In this document: piece after piece, positions 19,249 to 27,517 of the stretch | How positions within the stretch are numbered: the stretch's first letter is position 1 | Layout: the number at the start of each line of letters is the position of its first letter | Assembly (NCBI GenBank): GCA_018064745.1 | Contig: JAGHUR010000011.1 | Location: 6,137-70,136 of the forward strand | DNA length: 64,000 nt | From: Candidatus Fiminaster equi | GTDB taxonomy: Bacteria > Bacillota_I > Bacilli_A > RFN20 > CAG-826 | Direction: 5' to 3' | The notes under the pieces: generated by a model | The model's input: the letters and a program-made list of their open reading frames with translations, nothing else | The model's database searches: none | Told to the model about the DNA's origin: nothing | Position numbers and translations under genes: made by a program

Positions 19249-19807
19249 AACCAGAGAACAATTTTCTGAAATGAAAGACGAGAGATTAAACTCGATTTTA
19301 AGTGCTGCTCTCCCACTCTTTTCCTTGTATGGCAAAAAGGTTTCAATTGATGCAATTTCTAGCAAAGCAAAATGCTCTCATGGAATTGTATATCATTACT
19401 TCAAAAATTCAGATGAAATTTATCAAAAATTGCTTACAAGTTCAACTTATGTTGAATTAAACAATAGATTATTAATGATAACAGAAGGTTCGAGTTATGA
19501 AAAAATTGAAGAAATTATTTCAGTTTTGCTTGATGTTTCTGAAGCAAAATTCGAGAACGTTTGTTATTTAAATATCATCATTAAAAATAGAGATAAAAAT
19601 TCTTTGTTTTTTAAGCTTGCAAGACTCGTAAAAGAAGGACAAAATTCCGGCAAAGTTATTGCTGGTATTCCTGAAGAAGTAGTCAATACTTTATTCTTTG
19701 TCTTTAAGGGCATTTACCTTTCTTTTATACAAGAAAAGCACCCTGATATTAAGGTGCCTTCTTTAGAAAGTGTAATGCAATTGATTCGTAAACCAATTTT
19801 ATTTTAA
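19241..19807 (+). CDS. TetR/AcrR-family transcriptional regulator
   Basis: N-terminal HTH (SIDAISSKAKCSHGIVYHYFKN). The start overlaps the DUF368 stop by 8 nt. Confidence 0.8.
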   Translation: MPRTREQFSEMKDERLNSILSAALPLFSLYGKKVSIDAISSKAKCSHGIVYHYFKNSDEIYQKLLTSSTYVELNNRLLMITEGSSYEKIEEIISVLLDVSEAKFENVCYLNIIIKNRDKNSLFFKLARLVKEGQNSGKVIAGIPEEVVNTLFFVFKGIYLSFIQEKHPDIKVPSLESVMQLIRKPILF

Positions 19808-21361
19808 ATATTTATCATCAAATTGCTTGATGTCTTTATAGACACCTTTTAAGTTTGGATACATCTTCATGTACGCATGCTCATAAAGGTATTTATATTT
19901 TTCAACATTTTCAGGATTTGGAATAAATTCCACACTTTGGTGAACCATTGCTTCAGCAGCTTCTTCTTTTGATTTAAATTCACCTGCTGCAATAAAACCA
20001 GCCATAGCACAACCTAATGTTGAACATTCAAATGATTGAATTCTTGAAACTGGTCTGTTAAATATATCTGCGGTAATTTGGCAAATAACATCACTTTGTG
20101 ATCCACCACCTGAAATTCTAATTTTTTCAACCTTGTGGTGAAGGCGTTTTGTTTCAAATAAGTCGAGGCCTTCTTTTAAGCAATAACCAATACCTTCAAT
20201 GATTGCGCGATACATGTGAATTTTTGAGTGGACATCACTAAAACCAATGATTGCGCCTTTGGCGAGTGGTCTTCTTAAGCCTGGTCCCCAGTATGGTTGA
20301 AGAACTAGTCCATCAGATCCTGGAGCAACCTTTGCCATTTCATCATTAAATTCTTGAATCATGCCTCTGTTTACAACAATTTCTTCAACTGTTGGGCCTT
20401 GGCAACCAAATTGTTTAATAAACCAATTTAACATCCAATAACCACGATAGACTTGAACGTCCATATCATAACCACTGACAATATCAGGGTATGATGGAAG
20501 GAACGGCTCAGCAGATTTATATTTCTTAATAGGAACTTCAATTGAACAAGCTGTTCCATAGGAAACTGCTGCCATTTTATCATTAACAACACCTAGTCCA
20601 AGTGTTTCTGCTGATTTATCTGAACCACCTGCAAACATTTTCATTCCTTCTGGGAGTCCAGTTGTTTCGGCAGCTTCTTTTGAAATGGTTCCCATTACAT
20701 CGCCAGCCTTAACTAATTTACATAATTTTTTACCTGGAACACCAAAAACTTGGCCTTTCAAGTGATTGTCTTTTTTATACCATTCACCTTTCTTAAAATC
20801 GATAGGTAAATGACCAGCTTGGCATGATGCGCAATCGATGTATTCTCCAAGTAATTTTGAAGTAATATATGTGGAAATCATCATGAATTTCGCTGTATTT
20901 TCCCAAATATCTGGTTGATTTTCTTTTAACCAAACTCCCATTGATCTCTTGCGGTTAAGCTCAATAGTTGGGCCCATTCCAACGAGCTTAAAAATAGCTC
21001 TTGAAAGGGCAGGGAGTTTTTCTTTTCCTTCTGCTCTTCTTTCGTCTAACCAAAGAATTGCAGGACGTAATGGTTTGAAATTTTCATCACAACAGACAAC
21101 AGAATCTCTAAAGAAACACATAGAGATACCAAGGACATCACTCAATAAATCAGAATTATTTTGAACAATTTTCTTAGTACATGTACAAAGAGAATTGAAG
21201 TAATAATCTGGGTCTTGTTCAGCATAGCCAACAACTGGTGAGTTGTATGCTGGTTCATACTTAACTCTTTCCATTGCGACTATGTCGCCTTTTTTATTTA
21301 CGAGTCCAACACGGACTGATTGCGTACCAAAATCTATGGTAAGAATGAGTGGTTCTTTCAT
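19799..21361 (-). CDS. FGGY-family carbohydrate kinase (substrate unknown)
   Basis: N-terminal ILTIDFGTQSVRV and C-terminal ISGGGSQS actin-like ATPase motifs. Confidence 0.8.
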   Translation of the reverse strand: MKEPLILTIDFGTQSVRVGLVNKKGDIVAMERVKYEPAYNSPVVGYAEQDPDYYFNSLCTCTKKIVQNNSDLLSDVLGISMCFFRDSVVCCDENFKPLRPAILWLDERRAEGKEKLPALSRAIFKLVGMGPTIELNRKRSMGVWLKENQPDIWENTAKFMMISTYITSKLLGEYIDCASCQAGHLPIDFKKGEWYKKDNHLKGQVFGVPGKKLCKLVKAGDVMGTISKEAAETTGLPEGMKMFAGGSDKSAETLGLGVVNDKMAAVSYGTACSIEVPIKKYKSAEPFLPSYPDIVSGYDMDVQVYRGYWMLNWFIKQFGCQGPTVEEIVVNRGMIQEFNDEMAKVAPGSDGLVLQPYWGPGLRRPLAKGAIIGFSDVHSKIHMYRAIIEGIGYCLKEGLDLFETKRLHHKVEKIRISGGGSQSDVICQITADIFNRPVSRIQSFECSTLGCAMAGFIAAGEFKSKEEAAEAMVHQSVEFIPNPENVEKYKYLYEHAYMKMYPNLKGVYKDIKQFDDKYLK

Positions 21362-21427
21362 ATATCGTCTGCCTCTATTTATTTAGATTTTAAACTTTTT
21401 TGAAACCGCTTTTCAATTATTTTTTCT

Positions 21428-21456
21428 TTGCGAATGCACTCGTATATGTGTATACT
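21428..21456 (+). promoter_or_regulatory. ppdK promoter-like element
   Basis: TTGCGA, a 17-nt spacer, then TATACT preceded by TGTG (tgtgtatact at 21447-21456). Confidence 0.5.
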
Positions 21457-21513
21457 CATATTCGTGTGCGATTTCAGCACATCGTATATTATTGTCACTT
21501 TAGGAGGAATAAT

Positions 21514-24144
21514 ATGGCAAAGAAATACATCTACAACTTTAAAGAAGCCCATGGTTTAGGCAAAGAGTTGTTAGGTGGTAAAGGTGCCGGTCTTGCGGAA
21601 ATGACCAGCATTGGAGTTCCAATTCCACAAGGATTTACCATCACAACAGAAGCATGTAATCTCTACTATGATTCAGGTAAAAAATTACCAGATGACATCA
21701 TTGAAGATATTTATGCTCACATCAAAGAAGTTGAAAAAGAAACAGGCAAAAACTTCGGTGGAGATCATAACCCACTCTTAGTTTCTGTCCGTTCAGGCGC
21801 AAGAGTTTCCATGCCAGGTATGATGGATACCATCTTAAACTTAGGTTTAAATGATACAACCGTCGCAGCCTTAGCAAGAGAAACTGGTAACGAAAGATTC
21901 GCATTTGATAGCTATCGTCGTTTCATTCTTATGTTTACAAACATCGCCAAAGGTCATCCAAGAACTGAAATGGATAAGATGCTTGATGAACTCAAGGAAA
22001 AGAATGGCTACAAACTCGATACAGAAGTTACAGCAGATCAATTAAAAGATCTCGTCAAAGCTTACAAAGCTTACTACAAGAAAACATTTGGTGAAGAATT
22101 CCCATCAGATCCAAAAGTTCAATTACTTGAAGCTGTTACAGCAGTCTTCCGTTCCTGGGATAACCCAAGAGCAAACGTTTATCGTATGATGAACTCAATC
22201 CCATATTCATGGGGAACCGCTGTTAACGTTCAATCAATGGCCTTCGGTAACAAAGGCGAAACATCTGGTACAGGTGTTGCATTCTCACGTAACCCAGGCA
22301 CAGGCGAAAAAGTTATTTCCGCAGAATATTTACCAAACGCACAAGGCGAAGACGTTGTTGCAGGTATTCGTACCCCACTTCATATTGAAGAACTCAAGGC
22401 AAGAATGCCAGATGTTTACAACCAATTCGTTGAAACCATCAAAAAGATGGAGCACCACTACAGAGATATGCAAGATATGGAATTTACCGTCGAAGATGGT
22501 AAACTCTACTTCTTACAAACACGTAATGGTAAACGTACACCAGCAGCCGCATTAAAGATTGCATGTGACTTAGTTGATGAAGGATTAATCACTGAAGACG
22601 AAGCAGTCTTAAGAATTGATCCAGTATCATTTGATAAGCTTCTCTTACCAGCATTTGATAAGGACGACTTAGCAAAACATGAACCAATTGCACAAGGCTT
22701 AGCTGCAGGTCCAGGCGCAGGCACTGGTAAAATTGCCTTCACAGCTGAAGAAGCTGAAAGACGTCACGCAAATAAGGAAAAAGTTGTCCTTGTTCGTGCA
22801 GAAACATCCCCAGAAGACATCGTTGGTATGGTCGCTGCAGAAGGTGTTCTCACAATGCGTGGTGGTATGACTTCACACGCAGCCGTTGTTGCCCGTGGTA
22901 TGGGTAAGTGCTGTGTCTGTGGCTGTAAAGAAGCTATCATTGATGAAGAAGCTCGTACAGTTACCATTAATGGTAAAGTCTACACAGACCAAGATGAATT
23001 ATCACTCGATGGTTCAACAGGTAAAGTCTACCTTGGCTCAATCGCAAAGGTTATGCCAGACCTCACAGCAGGTTACTTCGGTAGATTAATGGCTTGGGTC
23101 GACAGAGCACGTACCTTAAAAGTTCGTACAAATGCCGATACTCCAAGAGATGCAAAACAAGCAAGAGAATTTGGTGCTGAAGGTATTGGCTTATGCCGTA
23201 CTGAACACATGTTCTTCGATAAGGATAGAATCTTCTCTATGAGAAAGATGATTCTTGCGGACACTGTAGAAGAAAGACGTGCTGCATTAGCAGAACTCGA
23301 ACCAATGCAACAAGCAGACTTTGAATCACTCTATGAAGCAATGCTTCCATTCAATGTCAACGTTCGTTTACTCGATCCACCTCTACACGAATTCCTCCCA
23401 CAAGAAGAAGATAAGATTGCAGAACTTGCTAAGGCAACTGGTAGAACAGTTCAACAAGTTAAAGATCGTATCGAATACTTACACGAATTCAACCCAATGA
23501 TGGGTCACCGTGGATGTAGATTAGCTGTTTCATATCCAGAAATCTGCGAAATGCAAACAAATGCTATTATCAAAGCAGCAATTGCAGTTTCAAAGAGAAC
23601 TGGCAAAGCAATTGAACCAGAAATCATGGTTCCACTCGTACTCGAAGTTAAAGAACTTAAGTTCGTTAAGAAGATTATCTGCGAAGTTGCAGACAAGCTC
23701 ATTAAAGAAGCTGGCGTTAACATGAAATACCATGTTGGTACTATGATTGAAATCCCAAGAGCTGCATTGCTCTCAGATGAAATCGCTCAAGAAGCAGAAT
23801 TCTTCTCATTTGGTACAAATGACTTAACACAAATGACATTCGGCTTCAGCCGTGATGACGCTGCTAAGTTCTTACCGGATTACTACAGCAATAAGATCTT
23901 AGAAGAAGATCCATTCAAAACACTCGATCAAAAAGGTGTTGGTAAACTCGTTGACATGTCCGTTAAACTCGGTCGTGCAACACGTAAGGATCTCCACATT
24001 GGTGTCTGTGGTGAAACTGGTGGTGAACCAAACTCAATCGACTTCTACCACAGAGCAGGACTCGACTACGTCTCATGTTCACCATTCCGTGTTCCAGTTG
24101 CTCGCTTAGCTGCTGCTCAAGCTGCAATTAAACACAGAAAATAA
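21514..24144 (+). CDS. ppdK: pyruvate, phosphate dikinase
   Basis: 876 aa from MAKKYIYNF (ATG at 21514, preceded by taggagga). Has the phosphohistidine loop GGMTSHAAVVARG and the PEP-utilising C-terminal domain (CRTEHMFF, GTNDLTQ). The track's TTG start at 21400 is an upstream extension. Confidence 0.95.
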   Translation: MAKKYIYNFKEAHGLGKELLGGKGAGLAEMTSIGVPIPQGFTITTEACNLYYDSGKKLPDDIIEDIYAHIKEVEKETGKNFGGDHNPLLVSVRSGARVSMPGMMDTILNLGLNDTTVAALARETGNERFAFDSYRRFILMFTNIAKGHPRTEMDKMLDELKEKNGYKLDTEVTADQLKDLVKAYKAYYKKTFGEEFPSDPKVQLLEAVTAVFRSWDNPRANVYRMMNSIPYSWGTAVNVQSMAFGNKGETSGTGVAFSRNPGTGEKVISAEYLPNAQGEDVVAGIRTPLHIEELKARMPDVYNQFVETIKKMEHHYRDMQDMEFTVEDGKLYFLQTRNGKRTPAAALKIACDLVDEGLITEDEAVLRIDPVSFDKLLLPAFDKDDLAKHEPIAQGLAAGPGAGTGKIAFTAEEAERRHANKEKVVLVRAETSPEDIVGMVAAEGVLTMRGGMTSHAAVVARGMGKCCVCGCKEAIIDEEARTVTINGKVYTDQDELSLDGSTGKVYLGSIAKVMPDLTAGYFGRLMAWVDRARTLKVRTNADTPRDAKQAREFGAEGIGLCRTEHMFFDKDRIFSMRKMILADTVEERRAALAELEPMQQADFESLYEAMLPFNVNVRLLDPPLHEFLPQEEDKIAELAKATGRTVQQVKDRIEYLHEFNPMMGHRGCRLAVSYPEICEMQTNAIIKAAIAVSKRTGKAIEPEIMVPLVLEVKELKFVKKIICEVADKLIKEAGVNMKYHVGTMIEIPRAALLSDEIAQEAEFFSFGTNDLTQMTFGFSRDDAAKFLPDYYSNKILEEDPFKTLDQKGVGKLVDMSVKLGRATRKDLHIGVCGETGGEPNSIDFYHRAGLDYVSCSPFRVPVARLAAAQAAIKHRK

Positions 24145-24163
24145 GTTTAAAACTTATAAATTA

Positions 24164-24190
24164 AACCTCAGGTTCGCCTGGGGTTTTCTT
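24164..24190 (+). terminator. ppdK intrinsic terminator
   Basis: aacctcagg-ttcg-cctggggtt 9-bp stem followed by a T-rich tract. Confidence 0.8.
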
Positions 24191-24210
24191 TTATGCACAT
24201 ATGTGTACAT

Positions 24211-24246
24211 AAATAATTTGCAAAATTGCAAATTATTTAGTATAAT
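24211..24246 (+). promoter_or_regulatory. near-consensus promoter overlapped by a perfect 13-2-13 inverted repeat (putative operator)
   Basis: AAATAATTTGCAA-aa-TTGCAAATTATTT at 24211-24238. -35 TTGCAA at 24218-24223, a 17-nt spacer, then -10 TATAAT at 24241-24246. Confidence 0.55.
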
Positions 24247-24268
24247 ATATGTAGGTAAGGAGAAAGAA

Positions 24269-24406
24269 ATGTTTGATCCATTTGATTCCAAACCAAAGAG
24301 TAAAAAGCAAGTTGAAAAGGAATACAAGGAGTACCTTGATGATCCAATAACCTTCTCAATTGATGAACAACTCGGTGTGCTTGGACCACGTTACGAAAAG
24401 ATCTAA
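24269..24406 (+). CDS. hypothetical 45-aa acidic/lysine-rich protein
   Basis: AAGGAG lies 6 nt upstream of the ATG at 24269. Sequence is MFDPFDSKPKSKKQVEKEYKEYLDDPITFSIDEQLGVLGPRYEKI. Has a strong promoter upstream and a hairpin plus T-run downstream. No family recognised. Confidence 0.5.
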   Translation: MFDPFDSKPKSKKQVEKEYKEYLDDPITFSIDEQLGVLGPRYEKI

Positions 24407-24480
24407 TTACTTATCTTATTTATTTTAATAAATAAAAAGACGCGTTTTTTTATTCGCGCCTTTTTCTATTTAATATTATA

Positions 24481-24516
24481 TTGATAAATATAAAATAATA
24501 GACTACAATTGTAGTC
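24481..24516 (+). promoter_or_regulatory. relBE promoter with a 16-bp perfect palindromic operator
   Basis: -35 TTGATA at 24481-24486, a 17-nt spacer, then -10 TACAAT at 24504-24509. The -10 is embedded in the palindrome GACTACAATTGTAGTC at 24501-24516. Confidence 0.55.
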
Positions 24517-24532
24517 GTAAGGAGGCATTAAC

Positions 24533-24754
24533 ATGAGTGTTTTGTCTGTAAGAATGAACAGCGCAGAGTATGGTGCGTTGCAAAAGTTTGCTAAAGCAAA
24601 CAATGTGTCCATGAACAAAGCTTTAAAAGATGCCTTTTTTGAGATGCTAGAAGATCAATACGACATTGAGGCTTTTGATAAAGCTTATGCTGAATATTTA
24701 AAAGAACCTGTCGCTTACACCTTAGAAGAAGTCAACAAACATCTTGGTAAATAA
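24533..24754 (+). CDS. relB: type II antitoxin, ribbon-helix-helix (RelB/DinJ-like)
   Basis: 73 aa. N-terminal beta-strand plus helices (VLSVRMNSAEYGALQKFAKANNVSMNKALKDAF). TAATG overlap with the downstream toxin gene. Confidence 0.8.
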   Translation: MSVLSVRMNSAEYGALQKFAKANNVSMNKALKDAFFEMLEDQYDIEAFDKAYAEYLKEPVAYTLEEVNKHLGK

Positions 24755-25020
24755 TGTTTAAATTATTAATCGCTAAATGTGCGGAAAGAGATCTTTCCAA
24801 ACTCGATAATAATTCATACTATTTAATTACAAGTTGGCTTAAAAGGAACATTGATGGCTGTGAAGATCCTAGAATTCATCGAAAAAGACTCAAAGGTAAT
24901 CTTAAAAGTTTCTGGAGATATAGGATTGGAGATTATCGAATTCTCTGCAGCATTAATGACAAGGAATTAATTGTTCTAGCAGTACGAATTGGACACAGAA
25001 AAGATGTCTATGACATCTAA
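24754..25020 (+). CDS. relE: type II toxin, RelE/ParE superfamily
   Basis: 88 aa. LKGNLKSFWRYRIGDYRILCSINDKELIVLAVRIGHRKDVY is the RelE/StbE consensus. Confidence 0.9.
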   Translation: MFKLLIAKCAERDLSKLDNNSYYLITSWLKRNIDGCEDPRIHRKRLKGNLKSFWRYRIGDYRILCSINDKELIVLAVRIGHRKDVYDI

Positions 25021-25023
25021 AAA

Positions 25024-25055
25024 AGAAAGCTTCGGACCCTTAACCGAAGCTTTTC
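25024..25055. terminator. bidirectional terminator between relE and the 86-aa repeat-protein gene
   Basis: agcttcgg-(8 nt)-ccgaagct stem flanked by an A-run and a T-run. Confidence 0.8.
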
Positions 25056-25316
25056 TTATTTTCCTCGCATTAATGCTTTTGAATCAAACTTTAGATCATT
25101 ATTAGGAGTTACATAACCCGCTAGTTCTTCGCGTATGTAAATATCGTAATTATCTTCTATATAACCTACATACTCACCTTGAATGTAAACATCGCCTTCA
25201 GCAGTTAATGATCCAAACTTATGCCCGTTTGCAAACATGTCTCCATCTGGCGAAATATAACCAACTAATTCGTCATCAATGTAAACATTCTTGCCATAAC
25301 ATTCGATAAATATCAT
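25056..25316 (-). CDS. hypothetical 86-aa protein built from four short beta-hairpin-like repeats (possibly the '4-fold beta flower' type)
   Basis: Internal periodicity NVYIDDELVGYI / GDMFANGHKFGSL / GDVYIQGEYVGYI / YDIYIREELAGYV. Starts 2 nt after the ispE stop. Confidence 0.5.
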   Translation of the reverse strand: MIFIECYGKNVYIDDELVGYISPDGDMFANGHKFGSLTAEGDVYIQGEYVGYIEDNYDIYIREELAGYVTPNNDLKFDSKALMRGK

Positions 25317-25317
25317 A

Positions 25318-26172
25318 TTAGCGAACTTTCTTTGTCTTAGTTAAATATACGTCATAGCCTTTATTATCGTATTTACGATACTTAGAATAGGCGAAACGAG
25401 AATCTGTAGTAAGTGCAAAGACACAACTTCCAGAGCCGGTCATAAGGACGCATTTAAAACCATCCTTTTTAAGCATATCCTTAATTTCTTGAATTTCAGG
25501 AACTAATGAAATTGATGTTTCTTCTAAGGAGTTAAACATGCCTTCTGCTAGCATATCTTCATCACCTAGTTCAAGAGCTTTAATAACTTTGTTAACATCA
25601 CCGTGTTTCATTTCAAAATTATCAGAAGCATCAAAAACTTTTTTAGTAGATAAACCTAGTTTAGGTTTAATAATAATTACACTAAAACGTTTAGCACATG
25701 AAATAGGAGTTACTTTTTCTCCAATACCTTCAACGTGTGCTGGAACATTTTGCATACAATAAGGAACATCTGCACCAAGTTTTAAAGTAAAATCGAGTTC
25801 CTCTTCTGGATCCATTTTTACCTTAAAAATTTTCTTAAATGCTTTCAAACATGCAGCAGCATTTGATGATCCTCCGCCAAGACCAGCACAAATAGGAATT
25901 TCCTTATGAACTGTAATATTCATATTGCTATGAACATCAAATTTCTTTCTAAATGCTTCTAATGTTTGATGGATTAAATCATACTTTGTTTCAGATTCTT
26001 CAACCCTGTCACATACTATATATGTGTCTCTTAAATATGGAAAATATTCAATCTCGATAACATCATGAAGTTCAAGTGGCAACATAACCATATCTAAATC
26101 ATGGTATCCGTTTTCTGTTTTACCCTTTACATCAAGGTAAATGTTAATTTTTGCGAATGCTTTTGCGTACAT
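25318..26172 (-). CDS. ispE: 4-diphosphocytidyl-2-C-methyl-D-erythritol kinase (MEP pathway)
   Basis: AKINIYLDV N-terminus and the GHMP-kinase motif PICAGLGGGSSNAAA. Confidence 0.9.
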   Translation of the reverse strand: MYAKAFAKINIYLDVKGKTENGYHDLDMVMLPLELHDVIEIEYFPYLRDTYIVCDRVEESETKYDLIHQTLEAFRKKFDVHSNMNITVHKEIPICAGLGGGSSNAAACLKAFKKIFKVKMDPEEELDFTLKLGADVPYCMQNVPAHVEGIGEKVTPISCAKRFSVIIIKPKLGLSTKKVFDASDNFEMKHGDVNKVIKALELGDEDMLAEGMFNSLEETSISLVPEIQEIKDMLKKDGFKCVLMTGSGSCVFALTTDSRFAYSKYRKYDNKGYDVYLTKTKKVR

Positions 26173-26195
26173 ACTAATATTATTTTCCTTCGAAC

Positions 26196-26990
26196 TTAAA
26201 AGTTCAATTCTTTTAATAACGACATGTAAAAATTAATATCTAATTCTTCTGGTCTCTTGTTTGTGTCTACACCAAGTTTTGCCAATATTTCTTTGGCTTT
26301 CTCTTTGTTTTTTGTAACATTTGCTAAGTTATTTAAAATATTCTTTCTTCTTAATAAGAAGAGTTGCTGCATAAGTTTTAATAATTTCTTATTCTCTTCA
26401 TTTTTAATATTCCTGTTTGGTGTAAGTGTAAAAACTACTGAATCAACATGAGGAATTGGTGCAAAATTATTTCTTCCAACTTCTTTTGCTGATGAAATAT
26501 CTGCAACATAGTTTAAAAACAATGAGAGTGGGCTCTTAAAATTGGATAAAAGTTTTGGATAAACTTCTTTTTGAGTCATCAATACTATTTTTTCGGCATT
26601 AGTAGCTGTTAACAAAATGTGTTCGATTATTGAGGAAGTAATATAGTAAGGAAGATTGCCAATAATTTTTGTAAATTTTGCTAAATCTTCTTTCAAAATA
26701 TTTTGTCTTCTAACAATAACATTTTCCATGTTCCCAAATTGTTCATTTAAGAACTGTAACATTCTCTCATCAATGTCAATTAATTGGGTTTTTGCAGGGA
26801 TTTTCGTTAAAAAATAGGACAAACTGCCTAAACCAGAGCCAATTTCAATAACCTCATCCTTATCAGAAACTTCAAGTAGATTTACGATGTTTTTTGCAAC
26901 TTCTGGGTTGATTAAAAAATTCTGGCCAAGTGACTTATTGGCAAGTAGTTTATAACTCTTCACATTTTCGAAATATTGGCTCTCGTTCAT
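26196..26990 (-). CDS. rsmA: 16S rRNA (adenine1518/1519-N6)-dimethyltransferase
   Basis: KSLGQNFLINP, EIGSGLGSLS (SAM site) and NLPYYITS. Confidence 0.95.
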   Translation of the reverse strand: MNESQYFENVKSYKLLANKSLGQNFLINPEVAKNIVNLLEVSDKDEVIEIGSGLGSLSYFLTKIPAKTQLIDIDERMLQFLNEQFGNMENVIVRRQNILKEDLAKFTKIIGNLPYYITSSIIEHILLTATNAEKIVLMTQKEVYPKLLSNFKSPLSLFLNYVADISSAKEVGRNNFAPIPHVDSVVFTLTPNRNIKNEENKKLLKLMQQLFLLRRKNILNNLANVTKNKEKAKEILAKLGVDTNKRPEELDINFYMSLLKELNF

Positions 26991-27517
26991 AAGTTTTCCT
27001 TAATCTCACTCAATGTTATACCACAATTATTTATTCTTTTAAGAAAAGTTTTTGCATTACAAAACCCTAAATGAAACTTTTCGCATATTTTTTGTCTTTT
27101 CGACTCTGAATCTTCTGTTCCAACTAGGCCTAGAGACACTAAATCAGACATTTGAATGTTTCCAATTGGGTCTTTTGAACTAACAATATAGTTTTTAAGA
27201 GCGTTGAGAACCTCTTCTTGAGTTGATTCTGCTACACCAACCTTATTATGTTTTATTGACTTTTCTTTCGCAACAAAACAATGCTTTAAATTTGGTATCT
27301 CGCAATCCAAAACATCTCTTATTCTTTTACCTGGGCTATCAGGATCAGTTAATACAAAAATATCGCGGTTTTCACGGCAATTTTTCAAATATTCTATGGT
27401 TTTTCCAGATATTTCTGAACCATTAGTTGTTACAAATTCTGCATCAATAAACTCGGAAAGGAAGGCAACATCAGACTTGCCTTCAACAACTAAAATTCCA
27501 TTTATTTTTGTTTTCAT
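26987..27517 (-). CDS. rnmV: ribonuclease M5 (Toprim)
   Basis: ILVVEGKSDV...VLTDPDSPGKRIR Toprim motifs. tatD-rnmV-rsmA order matches Bacillus. Confidence 0.9.
   Translation of the reverse strand: MKTKINGILVVEGKSDVAFLSEFIDAEFVTTNGSEISGKTIEYLKNCRENRDIFVLTDPDSPGKRIRDVLDCEIPNLKHCFVAKEKSIKHNKVGVAESTQEEVLNALKNYIVSSKDPIGNIQMSDLVSLGLVGTEDSESKRQKICEKFHLGFCNAKTFLKRINNCGITLSEIKENL

Noticed and set aside
21400-21513. N-terminal extensions in the track for ppdK (21400), lysS (6897), tilS (14310), psuG (47338), the P-type ATPase (44919), the 45-aa ORF (24203) and the nuclease (56378).
   Set aside because: The internal ATGs have proper SD sequences and give N-termini matching the family consensus. The extensions overlap upstream genes or promoters, or use TTG/GTG starts without an SD.
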